Assembly (NCBI GenBank): GCA_046735395.1
Contig: JBJKQR010000084.1
Span: forward strand, 1-64,000
Origin: Fidelibacterota bacterium
GTDB taxonomy: Bacteria > Fidelibacterota > Fidelibacteria > Fidelibacterales > DSDE01
Length of the DNA: 64,000 bases
Direction of reading: 5' to 3'
Part shown: piece by piece, positions 51,490 to 60,916 of the stretch
Numbering within the stretch: the stretch's first letter is position 1
Layout: each line of letters begins with the position of its first letter
The notes under the pieces: generated by a model
Seen by the model: the letters and a program-made list of their open reading frames with translations, nothing else
The model's database searches: none
What the model was told of the DNA's origin: nothing
Made by a program: the position numbers and the translations under genes

Positions 51490-53586
51490 ATGAAAAAGAA
51501 AATGCAAAACATCATAAAACTCGGACTTGTTCTGATGTTCCTCCTGTCAGCATCCGGCCTGAACGGCCAGATTGACAACGGCCTCAGGAAATGGATCCGG
51601 GTCGGGTCCCTGCAGTCATTTTTTGATGCCTATGGAGCTGAACGGGCCTGGAATGCGAATACCAGCTACTATGAAGGTGTACAATGGCCGGCATGGTATG
51701 CGGATCAGGATAACTTCGTCATTGACCGCAGCTGGGTTACCTGCCGGGATTTCACCGATGCGGACGGAACCTTCTGGGATTACAAATCCGTATCCTTCTA
51801 TTCCACAAGTACAGAGGTCCAGGCTATGCAGAATACTCTGACCGGTCTGTTTGACAGTCCCCTGGTCTCCGTGGACGGGACACTCAAGCTGGCCGATTCC
51901 TATGTGGACTCACTCCACGATCCGAATCTGCCCTTTGACCGCATTCTGACGGATGTGTCACGGACCAGCCTGGGTGTGGAAGTCACGCGAAAGGTCTATG
52001 CATTCAGCCAGCAGTATCATGACAATTATTTCATCACGACCTATACCTTCAAAAACACCGGTAATACTGATGGTGACGATGAAATCGAACTTCCGAACAA
52101 TGTGGTCACCGACTTCTATTACGGTTGCATGCCGCGCTACGCGACCAGCCAGGAAGCCCGTCTTACAACATCCGGAGATATTTCCTGGGGTATGCATCAG
52201 TGGGTTCATCATACACCGATGACCGATAATCCTGACATTCCCTGCTTCTATTCATGGCTGGGCCAGGTGAAGGCTCTGGATGGTGTCGTTGATAATATCG
52301 GCGGTCCAATCTATAAAAATGTCACTGATTATAAAGACGGCCGCCTTTCCGCACCCCAGTTTGCCGGTATGGCCATTCTTCACGTTCCCGCCTCTCCGAC
52401 CAACGATATGAATGACTACGGGAAACTCACGATGGGATGGCATGGCGGAGACACGTACGGAATAGACAAGGAAATCTGGGACATGCTGTCCGGAGTGGAT
52501 ATCTACAAGAATACCGGATCCTATTCCATCCCCATGGATGAAGGCAAATCAACAAGTGATATTCCTCAGGATACGGAAGGCAATGACGGCGGCGGCGCTG
52601 CCGGCCTTTACGGCGTCGGGCCCTATACACTCCAGATGGGGGAAAGTGTCACTATTGTCACCGTGGAAGCCGTATCCGGACTGGATCGTGAACACTGTAC
52701 AACAATCGGCCAGAAATGGCTGCAGGATTATAGAGGTACAGCACAGACCTTTACCCTGCCTGACGGCAGTAACTCCACCGACAGAAATGAATACAAGGAT
52801 GCCTGGGTCTATAGCGGCAAGGACAGTATCATGCAGACCTTCCGGCGTGCCAAGGCCAATTATGAGAGCGGTTTCGCGTTGGCGACACCTCCGCCTCCCC
52901 CTGCAAATATCTATATCGAATCTCTCGGTGACAAGATTGCTCTCACCTGGTCCGGCGAAGCCGAAAGTGCTTCAAATTTTGGAGGATATAAAATATTTCG
53001 TGCCACTGCTGCATCAGACAGCATCTACCACGAAATCTTCAGCTGCGGAGCAGCCGATGCCGTCAACAGTTATGAGGACAAGACGCCCAGTCGTGGAATC
53101 AGCTACTACTACTATGTCTGTTCGCTGAGCGACGGCAGTTTGAATACAGATCTGTCTCTGAACCCGGCAGGCCAGCTCATGAGTGGCCGGGCTTATACGC
53201 AGACGGTGGAACCGGCTTATCTGCGCCGGCAGTCCGGTATGAAACTGGCTGATATCCGCATCGTTGCCAATCCCTATTCCATTGCAAACAGAGACTGGCA
53301 GTACGGTGAAGGGGACGACATGGACCGGATCTACTTTCTGGAAGTCCCGGGGCACTGCGTCATTAAGATCTTCACCGAACGCGGTGACCTCATCAAGACC
53401 ATCCATCACGAAGCCGGTTCCGGCGATAAAGCATGGAATCTGGATACGGACAGCAGACAGGTCATCGTCAGCGGTGTCTATATCGCCTACTTCCAGGTTA
53501 CTCAGGATATTCCGGATCCCTACACAGGAGAAGTCGCTCTGAAAAAAGGCGACGCAACGTATAAAAAATTCATTGTAATCCGATAA
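51490..53586 (+). CDS. Secreted protein with FN3-like module and C-terminal T9SS-like sorting domain
   Basis: Signal peptide; PPPP linker, FN3-like (LTW...GYKIFRA...YEDK...YYYYV); C-terminal IRIVANPY...IKIFTERGDLIKTI.H...WN...SGVYI...KFIVIR. Confidence 0.82.
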   Translation: MKKKMQNIIKLGLVLMFLLSASGLNGQIDNGLRKWIRVGSLQSFFDAYGAERAWNANTSYYEGVQWPAWYADQDNFVIDRSWVTCRDFTDADGTFWDYKSVSFYSTSTEVQAMQNTLTGLFDSPLVSVDGTLKLADSYVDSLHDPNLPFDRILTDVSRTSLGVEVTRKVYAFSQQYHDNYFITTYTFKNTGNTDGDDEIELPNNVVTDFYYGCMPRYATSQEARLTTSGDISWGMHQWVHHTPMTDNPDIPCFYSWLGQVKALDGVVDNIGGPIYKNVTDYKDGRLSAPQFAGMAILHVPASPTNDMNDYGKLTMGWHGGDTYGIDKEIWDMLSGVDIYKNTGSYSIPMDEGKSTSDIPQDTEGNDGGGAAGLYGVGPYTLQMGESVTIVTVEAVSGLDREHCTTIGQKWLQDYRGTAQTFTLPDGSNSTDRNEYKDAWVYSGKDSIMQTFRRAKANYESGFALATPPPPPANIYIESLGDKIALTWSGEAESASNFGGYKIFRATAASDSIYHEIFSCGAADAVNSYEDKTPSRGISYYYYVCSLSDGSLNTDLSLNPAGQLMSGRAYTQTVEPAYLRRQSGMKLADIRIVANPYSIANRDWQYGEGDDMDRIYFLEVPGHCVIKIFTERGDLIKTIHHEAGSGDKAWNLDTDSRQVIVSGVYIAYFQVTQDIPDPYTGEVALKKGDATYKKFIVIR

Positions 53587-53601
53587 GTATGAGGCTTAGA
53601 A

Positions 53602-54903
53602 ATGAGAAATACTAAACACATAACTATTTCAGTTCTTGCCGGCCTGGCCCTGTTGCTTATCGCCGGCTGCACTGAATTTCCTCCGCTGACCGATGTTCCC
53701 AACCAGAGTTATGGGGACACGCCGATCATCGAGTCCGTCAGCCCCGCATCCTACAGCCTGACCGGGACCGGAGACACTATTACCATCAGCGGACAGAATT
53801 TCGTAAATGACAGTCTGTCGAATTTCGTCTATTTCGGCCCTGACACATCCGGAAAATTCCCCGCTCAGGTGGTGGACTGGTCATCAACTACACTGAAAGT
53901 CATTCCGCCCCTGATTTCCGGGCGCGGGCTTCAGATGCGTCTCGATGTGGCCCACGCCATCGTACCGGCTTTCTATTCACCCTACGAACTGGAACTGGCC
54001 GCCATTCCCTGGGGTAATACGACCTGGGAAACCCGGCCCATCGAAATTGCCTGTGATGCCAATGACAATGTCTATGCACTACTCGACGACGGCAAAGTGA
54101 TCAAGATCTTTGCCGATGGCAGCGGTTTTGTTCAGGTCGCGGAAGGCTGCCCGACAGGAACCGCTGCGAATGAATGGCTCTCAATGCAGGTAGGAAGCAA
54201 TGACACCCTCCTGATCCTTGAGAAGATCTACATCTACAAAGTTCCCGTCATCGCCGATTCGGTTGTCGTCTGTGATAAAACCAACATGAAATTCAATTCC
54301 ACAAAGTTTGCAGACTGGGGAGAGACATTTGACAAGGATAAAAACGGAATTACATTCGTTGCCAGCCGGAAATCCATGATTATGCCGGTCGACAAGTCGG
54401 GTATTCCGATTTCAGCCAATGACATCACGGTAGCAGAAGCAAATGGTGAAAAATTCCAGGCTCTTCGCGTATTCAATGATTATGTGTACGCTGCGACTCC
54501 CTCTGTCCTGCTTCGCTTCCCGATCGAAGATGCGAATGGGAAACTGGGAGCAGCCGAAACAGTGTATTCACTTTCCGATTATATGTCGGATGTTCAGATC
54601 ACTTCCATGATGATTGCTGCCGATGGTGATATCTACCTCGGCATTGCTCCGTTGACAACCTTTACCGGCGCAACAGCCCCTGCAGCAGTCCTGGTTGTAA
54701 ATTCAACTACCGGCAAGCCCTTTTATCCTTCAGCACTGATATCACCTACCCGTGATATGATTTGGGGTAGCGGTAATTATGCCTTCCTGCTCCGGAACCT
54801 GATCTACAGCGATGCATCCAATGATATCGCAAAATATGCGGATTATAAGGTTGTACGTGTCATGATGAGCAAGGATGGAGCCCAGAATTTCGTTAGAGAG
54901 TAA
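53602..54903 (+). CDS. IPT/TIG-domain lipoprotein with probable beta-propeller
   Basis: Lipobox IAGC; PIIESVSP...ITISGQNF...N.VYFG...S.T.L.V.PP IPT pattern; repeated D..GN/D.Y blade-like motifs. Confidence 0.82.
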   Translation: MRNTKHITISVLAGLALLLIAGCTEFPPLTDVPNQSYGDTPIIESVSPASYSLTGTGDTITISGQNFVNDSLSNFVYFGPDTSGKFPAQVVDWSSTTLKVIPPLISGRGLQMRLDVAHAIVPAFYSPYELELAAIPWGNTTWETRPIEIACDANDNVYALLDDGKVIKIFADGSGFVQVAEGCPTGTAANEWLSMQVGSNDTLLILEKIYIYKVPVIADSVVVCDKTNMKFNSTKFADWGETFDKDKNGITFVASRKSMIMPVDKSGIPISANDITVAEANGEKFQALRVFNDYVYAATPSVLLRFPIEDANGKLGAAETVYSLSDYMSDVQITSMMIAADGDIYLGIAPLTTFTGATAPAAVLVVNSTTGKPFYPSALISPTRDMIWGSGNYAFLLRNLIYSDASNDIAKYADYKVVRVMMSKDGAQNFVRE

Positions 54904-54933
54904 ACCTGACGGGAATACCGTTCATAATATCAT

Positions 54934-54964
54934 AAAAAAGGGGGCTGAAGAGCCCCCTTTTTTT
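54934..54964. terminator. Bidirectional Rho-independent terminator
   Basis: AAAAAAGGGGGCT-GAAG-AGCCCCCTTTTTTT. Confidence 0.9.
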
Positions 54965-55262
54965 ATTCATCCGTAAAAGCAGGGAACAGGGTGAAAAAAC
55001 ATGTTTTGAGGCCTAAAACAGCAATTACCTGCTGATATGTAGTGAGTTAAAGGATATTTTATCTTAATTGTGATTAGAATATCCTGAATGGGACCCTAAA
55101 TTCTGCGATAATGGAAAATACGTCAGGCTTTCATGGCTATAATCAACTGATATACAATATGTTACAGAGATATCTTAAATTATGATTAATGATTAAAATG
55201 TATGGGATAATTCAATATAATCACGTAAACAAAAATCTTTATATATAGAACCGGGAGTGGGA

Positions 55263-56021
55263 TTAATCCTTCGGCGCGGCCAGTTTTGCCACCCAGATGG
55301 AAATTTCATAGAGAATGAGCAGCGGGAAGGCCATGAGCAGCTGGCTGACAGGATCCGGAGGCGTGAATAAGGCTGCCAGGAGAAAGATAACGACAATGGA
55401 AAATTTGCGGATTCGTATCAGCAGTCCGGCACTGAGAATGCGGAATTTAGTCAGGATAAAGGTGATGACCGGCATTTCAAAGACGATCCCCATTCCCAGC
55501 AGCAGATAAATCACGAAGGTGATATACTGATCGATCGCCACATTGGGAACAACCTCATCGGGAAAATTTATGCCGAGCAGGAAGGTGAGCGCCACCGGAA
55601 GCACCATATAATAGGCAAAGGCCGCACCGGCCAGAAAATTGATGAAGGTTATGAGAATAACCGGACTCGTATATTTCTTTTCACTGCTCCTCAGGCCGGG
55701 AGCAATAAATTTCCACAGCTGATAGACAATGACAGGAATGGATAATGTAATTCCGGCTGCCACGGCTGTCAGGATCTGGATGATGAACATCCCCTGCACT
55801 CTCAGAACCTGCAGCTTCAGCGGATTGTCCAGAGTGATGGCCGGATGAATCAGGAAGCGGATGATGGGATTGACAAAGAAAAAGGCTGCAATGGAAAAAA
55901 TAAACACGGACAGCAGGCCCTTGAAGATACGCCATCTCAATTCCTCGAGATGTTCCAGAAATCCCATATTGGCTTCCGTATCGTCCTTTTGCCCTGTCTT
56001 GAGAAGTGATTCAGTACTCAT
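55263..56021 (-). CDS. tatC: Twin-arginine translocase subunit TatC
   Basis: M.FLEHLEELRWR, YQLWKFIAPGL..E, FEMP, TPPDPVSQ, LYE. Confidence 0.96.
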   Translation of the reverse strand: MSTESLLKTGQKDDTEANMGFLEHLEELRWRIFKGLLSVFIFSIAAFFFVNPIIRFLIHPAITLDNPLKLQVLRVQGMFIIQILTAVAAGITLSIPVIVYQLWKFIAPGLRSSEKKYTSPVILITFINFLAGAAFAYYMVLPVALTFLLGINFPDEVVPNVAIDQYITFVIYLLLGMGIVFEMPVITFILTKFRILSAGLLIRIRKFSIVVIFLLAALFTPPDPVSQLLMAFPLLILYEISIWVAKLAAPKD

Positions 56022-56938
56022 AATTCATTCAGCGCTTTCCGTATTGTGTTTGGTGTCTCTTTCGCATCGTTCCGCAACAGTGTCTCCAACAATTTCCGCC
56101 GATCCGCGGTCCAGTAGTTCTCCAGCAGATCATCCCCGATGCGTTCGCTTACAATATCCCGCAGGCGATCACGCCGAAGCTGGTTCCATCCGTCAATCCT
56201 TCTGAGATGTTCCTGATAATTCATGAGAGATTCGATCAGCTCCTCGACGCCTTCGTCCCGTGTGGCAATGGTTTTAATGACGGGAACGGCCCATCCTCCT
56301 TCGGTCATATTCAGGTCAAGGATGCTGCGGAGGTTAACTTCCATTCTGGCTGCTCCGTCCCGATCCGATTTATTGATGACAAAAATCCCTCCGATTTCCA
56401 TGAGGCCTGCTTTCATGGCCTGAATCTCATCACCGGATTCGGGAACCAGCACCACGACGGCAATATCAGCAGACCGTGAAATATCCAGCTCTACCTGTCC
56501 CACACCCACGGTCTCAATCAGGATCAGATCATAGCCCCCGGCATCCAGCACATCACAGGCTTCCCGGGTTTTCCGGCTCAGGCCGCCCAGACTGCCCCGG
56601 GTCGCCATTGAGCGGATAAAAATACCTTCTTCTCCGGACAGGCTGTTCAATCGGAGGCGGTCTCCCAGTAATGCTCCGCCGCTGAAGGGTGAAGACGGAT
56701 CCACGAGAATGAGCGCCACGCGTTTCCCCCTGTTCAGAAAATGCCGGGCGATCTTTTCTGACAGCGTGCTTTTTCCAGCGCCTGGAGGCCCGGTAATTCC
56801 AATGCGAAAAGCATGTCCACAGCGGGGCCACAAGTCATCAAGAATTGATGCAGCCTCATCCGAATCATTTTCTACCTTGGAAATCAGCCTGGCTATTTTC
56901 CGTTTATCCATGGAGCTCATGTCTGGAAATTTACCCAA
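56018..56938 (-). CDS. meaB: Methylmalonyl-CoA mutase-associated GTPase MeaB
   Basis: GITGPPGAGKST, DPSSPFSGGALLGDR, FIRSMATRG, ETVGVGQ, GDEIQAMKAG, NKSD. Confidence 0.94.
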   Translation of the reverse strand: MGKFPDMSSMDKRKIARLISKVENDSDEAASILDDLWPRCGHAFRIGITGPPGAGKSTLSEKIARHFLNRGKRVALILVDPSSPFSGGALLGDRLRLNSLSGEEGIFIRSMATRGSLGGLSRKTREACDVLDAGGYDLILIETVGVGQVELDISRSADIAVVVLVPESGDEIQAMKAGLMEIGGIFVINKSDRDGAARMEVNLRSILDLNMTEGGWAVPVIKTIATRDEGVEELIESLMNYQEHLRRIDGWNQLRRDRLRDIVSERIGDDLLENYWTADRRKLLETLLRNDAKETPNTIRKALNEL

Positions 56939-56982
56939 TTCACTATCTTTTTCAAAGGGCTAAGAAAAACCCGCTCCAACCC

Positions 56983-58161
56983 TTATTGGTCCTGAAAAGA
57001 TGTCGTATCCGATGCCTGCCGGAGCAGGATAAATTCTCGGGTCTCAGGCGTCCAGTAATGCAGAAGTGTCTGCAGGGATGCATTGCCCTTCAGCAGCTGA
57101 CAGAGATCGCCATTACCCAGCGCCTGACTCATTTCACTGCAGCGGAACTGCATTTCCCGGGGATAGAGAACATTCATAACCCTGAATTCAGCCAGAAACA
57201 CCTCCAGCGCGGACCGTCCGTCCAGTGCGTCGAGAGGCAGCATGGTGGAGCGCGGATCCAGCGGACAGTGCAGCAGCCCCAGAGCAGCAAACGCAGGATC
57301 ATCCTCGGCAAGGGCCTGCTTCACACGGACCGCATCCATCCAGGGAGCCCAGCAGCCGCTCAGGCCGCTCAGCGAATCCCGCAGAACACTCAGAGTGCTG
57401 AAGGAGGCCAGAAAACGAAAAGGATAATCATGAATATCGTCACCCGTCTCCAGCATCGGATTCTGGGGATAAAACAGGTAGAGAAGATCATTATACCCCA
57501 CCTCCTCTCCACTGAACCGACAGGGAATAACGGTAAGATTTTCTGTTTTTTTCATATATCCTCTGCGGGCGAAATATCGGGCAGCTTCCCCCAGGCTCAT
57601 GTCATAGAGAAAAGGAAGTCCGGCAGCAGAGCGGTTCGGCGGTCCCCAGATGTCCCGCAGCGCGGACATCCGGGGTCTGTCCGGAATAATCAGTGCGATA
57701 TCGAGCAGGTCCGCCAGCCGCATGGCCGATTTCAGATACTGAAGAACCGGATCCGAACTGATTCCGGACAGCGGCATATCGAAGAGGATGCCGTCCGCCG
57801 AAGCGAGTTCGGAGGCCCGGAAGCGGAGCGACTGACTCTGTACGTACTTCAGATCCGGACTGTGGATGGACAGGAGCAGGGAATCCTGCCAGTAGCGGTC
57901 CCAGCCGTTGGCGGTGATAACGTAGGTTCGCACGCTTCGCAGGGATTTCTGACGGGCAAGTATATCCAGAAGATGGACACCCTTCGAATCCCGGCTGCCA
58001 TGATTACAGAATACGATAAGCTTTTTTTGCGCTAATTGGGAGAAGTTGGATATTTCAAGCATATCCAGACCGGTTAGAACAGGCAGAGACTCTGCATTTG
58101 TTCTCCGAACCGGCCAGGCAAGCATGGCAACGGCCAGCAGAATGCTGAATGATTTTTTCAC
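56983..58161 (-). CDS. Divergent NamZ/DUF1343-like exported protein
   Basis: VLTGLDML....F..L..KK...N, FD, DRP, M.LGE.A and the C-terminal W...F...R pattern of DUF1343; canonical PEHG and DIQDVG motifs absent. Confidence 0.6.
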   Translation of the reverse strand: MKKSFSILLAVAMLAWPVRRTNAESLPVLTGLDMLEISNFSQLAQKKLIVFCNHGSRDSKGVHLLDILARQKSLRSVRTYVITANGWDRYWQDSLLLSIHSPDLKYVQSQSLRFRASELASADGILFDMPLSGISSDPVLQYLKSAMRLADLLDIALIIPDRPRMSALRDIWGPPNRSAAGLPFLYDMSLGEAARYFARRGYMKKTENLTVIPCRFSGEEVGYNDLLYLFYPQNPMLETGDDIHDYPFRFLASFSTLSVLRDSLSGLSGCWAPWMDAVRVKQALAEDDPAFAALGLLHCPLDPRSTMLPLDALDGRSALEVFLAEFRVMNVLYPREMQFRCSEMSQALGNGDLCQLLKGNASLQTLLHYWTPETREFILLRQASDTTSFQDQ

Positions 58162-58220
58162 AAGACCTGTCCGCCTTATCCCTTCTGCTCCTCAGGTCGG
58201 GTACCGGCTGATGGACAGAT

Positions 58221-59921
58221 TCAGCCGATAAAATCCGCCTTCAGGGAAGAAAGATCCCCGCCATAGCTATCCACAAAGGCGCGGATATGATTTTCCAGAT
58301 ATTCAAGACGTGTTACGGATTCCACGTAGAAATAATCAAACAGAGGCGCTTTTTCGGAAGCGGACTCGGCGATGGGTGCGAAATGTACGAGACGATAGAG
58401 CAGACTGGTCATTTCGGTGAAATCGGTAGCGCAGAAATCGTGCAGATCCTTGGATTTCACAGCCGAGACCGTTTCAATGAGGCTCAGCATCGTATCGATA
58501 TGACCGGAAACCACGGATTTTCTGTTCCCGAGACGAGGCAGGTCCTGATGCCGGAATTCTTCCCAGTCCGGTGCCAGGATATTATTGGTGATGCCGCCGA
58601 TGGCAGCGACCACCTGAAGCTGAGTCGTCCCTTCATAAATATTTGTAATCCGCGCATCCCGGGCCAGGCGTTCTGCAGGGAAATCCCGCATATAGCCCAC
58701 ACCGCCATGGATCTGGATGGTATCGTAAGTGACCTTATTGGCCATTTCGGTGATGGTGAATTTTGACAGAGGCGTCAGCAGAGCAGCCAGATTGACCGCA
58801 GCCTTCAGGTCACTGCCCACATTTTCACCACGACTGTTGCGGCGTTCCAGCAGTTCCTCCTGATCGACAGCGAGGGCTGTACGGTAGAGAAGCAGACGGC
58901 TGGTTTCAATATCGGCCTGCATTTTTTTCAGCATCTGAAAGACAGCCGGGAAATGAGCAATACTCTGGCCGAACTGTTCACGTTCACGGGCATATTTCTT
59001 TGCTTCCTCGTACGCGGCTTCAGCAATACCCAGCGCCTGGGCGGAAACACCGAGCCGTGCCCCGTTCATCAGGGACATGACATACTTGATGAGCCCGAAC
59101 TTGCGTTTGCCCACCAGTTCCGTCCTGGCCATATTGAACTGAAGTTCACAGGTGGGTGAACCGTGAATACCGAGTTTATTCTCAATGCGCCGGACAATCA
59201 TATTGTCATCGCGATAGCGTTCATAGAGGAACATGGAGAGGCCGCGTCCGCCCTTGCTGCCTTCTTCAGACCGGGCAAGAACGAGAGACACGTCACCGCT
59301 TCCATTGGTGATGAAGCGTTTCACACCGTCCAGATACCATTCTCCGTTCTTTTCAATGGCCTTCAGTGTCACGGCCTGCAGATCCGACCCGGCATCCGGT
59401 TCGGTCAATGCCATGGAACCGCTCACTTCACCGGAGCAGAATTTAGGAAGAACACGGGATTTCTGGGTCTCGTCGGCAAATTTTTCGATGGTGACCGCAA
59501 TATCCTGAAGTCCGAAAAGATTCATGAGACTGGCATCGGCCTGAGATACCATTTCAACAATAATGGTATTCACAGCCTGAGGCAGATTAAGTCCGCCGTA
59601 TTTCCTGGAGATGGTTCCGCCCATATAACCGGCCTTGGCCAGCATGGCCATATTTTCCTTGGTCTCATCGGCCCATTCCACATCACCATTCACATGCACG
59701 GCTCCTTTTTCATCCACGGCTTCAGCGCGGGGAGCAATGAACTCTGCGGCGATATGGCCGGCATTGTCGAGCAGCATTTCATACCATGTATAGGCTTCTT
59801 CGAAGCTGGTCAGCGTGGGAGCTTCCGGATTCTGGAAATTTTTCTCAAGATCAGCGGAGACCGGTTCCAGATTCAGCTGTTTCAGATAGAAGCGCCGATC
59901 ATTATGATAAAAAGTGGGCAT
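58221..59921 (-). CDS. Acyl-CoA dehydrogenase
   Basis: MALTEPDAGSDL, GVKRFITNG, KLGIHGSPT, MNGARL, IQIHGGVGY, IYEGTTQLQ. Confidence 0.95.
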   Translation of the reverse strand: MPTFYHNDRRFYLKQLNLEPVSADLEKNFQNPEAPTLTSFEEAYTWYEMLLDNAGHIAAEFIAPRAEAVDEKGAVHVNGDVEWADETKENMAMLAKAGYMGGTISRKYGGLNLPQAVNTIIVEMVSQADASLMNLFGLQDIAVTIEKFADETQKSRVLPKFCSGEVSGSMALTEPDAGSDLQAVTLKAIEKNGEWYLDGVKRFITNGSGDVSLVLARSEEGSKGGRGLSMFLYERYRDDNMIVRRIENKLGIHGSPTCELQFNMARTELVGKRKFGLIKYVMSLMNGARLGVSAQALGIAEAAYEEAKKYAREREQFGQSIAHFPAVFQMLKKMQADIETSRLLLYRTALAVDQEELLERRNSRGENVGSDLKAAVNLAALLTPLSKFTITEMANKVTYDTIQIHGGVGYMRDFPAERLARDARITNIYEGTTQLQVVAAIGGITNNILAPDWEEFRHQDLPRLGNRKSVVSGHIDTMLSLIETVSAVKSKDLHDFCATDFTEMTSLLYRLVHFAPIAESASEKAPLFDYFYVESVTRLEYLENHIRAFVDSYGGDLSSLKADFIG

Positions 59922-60916
59922 TATCCTTCCTCCTTCAGGTATTTGAGCATAACGGGGATGACTTCCTTCAGGTCCCCCACAATCCCCATGTGGGCGATTG
60001 CAAAAATCGGTGCGTCCGGATCGGTGTTGATGGCGATGATCTTCTGGGATTCTTCCATCCCGGCCCGATGCTGAATGGTTCCGCTCAGTCCGGCACCAAT
60101 ATAGAGTTTGGGACGGACGACCGCGCCGGTCTGGCCGATCTGACGGTCCTTATCCGCGAATCCGAAATCAATGGCAGCACGGGTCGCGGCGTATTCACCG
60201 CCCAGAGCCTTGGCCAGCTGCTTGATGAGATCAAAATCTTCCTTGGATCCCACACCGGCTCCACCGCAGACGATGACATCGCTGGAATTCAGGTTAATCT
60301 TGCTTTCCTTGTGAATGATGGACAGAAATTCGTTACGGATCCATTCGTCATGGATATCCATGCGGAATTCCTCGATTTTGACAGGCTTGTCTCCCTCTAC
60401 TTCCGGCAGCAGCATGACCCCTTCCCGGACGGTGGCCATGGCAGGCCGGCTGTCCGGAGATATGATGGTAGCCAGAATATTTCCGCCGAAGGCAGGACGC
60501 ACCTGGTAGAGAATTTTTCCGGCATCCTTGAAATCATCAATATAGAGCTGGGTACAGTCGGCGGTCAGTCCGGTGAGCAGCGAGGATGCCACCAGAGGCG
60601 CAATATCCCGTCCCAGATGAGTCGCGCCGAAGAGCACCATATCCGGATCTTCCTTGCGGATGATCTCGGTAATGACTGATTTATAGGCCAGTGACTGAAG
60701 ATGTTTCAGTTTGTCATTGAGGTAGACCACGAGGCGGTCCATACCGAAGCGAAACAGGCGCTCGCTGTTCTGCGGCAGTTCATTGCCCACAAAACATCCG
60801 ACCACTTCGCCATTGAACGGTTTAACCAGGGATTCAGCCTTGTGGGTCAGTTCGATACTCACATCTCTCAGACCGTTATCAACAGGATTTTTTTCAACAA
60901 AGACCATTATTTTCAT
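59921..60916 (-). CDS. etfA: Electron transfer flavoprotein alpha subunit
   Basis: GLTADCT, RPAFGG, QIGQTG, G.SG.IQH..GM, AINTD.DAPIF. Confidence 0.95.
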   Translation of the reverse strand: MKIMVFVEKNPVDNGLRDVSIELTHKAESLVKPFNGEVVGCFVGNELPQNSERLFRFGMDRLVVYLNDKLKHLQSLAYKSVITEIIRKEDPDMVLFGATHLGRDIAPLVASSLLTGLTADCTQLYIDDFKDAGKILYQVRPAFGGNILATIISPDSRPAMATVREGVMLLPEVEGDKPVKIEEFRMDIHDEWIRNEFLSIIHKESKINLNSSDVIVCGGAGVGSKEDFDLIKQLAKALGGEYAATRAAIDFGFADKDRQIGQTGAVVRPKLYIGAGLSGTIQHRAGMEESQKIIAINTDPDAPIFAIAHMGIVGDLKEVIPVMLKYLKEEG

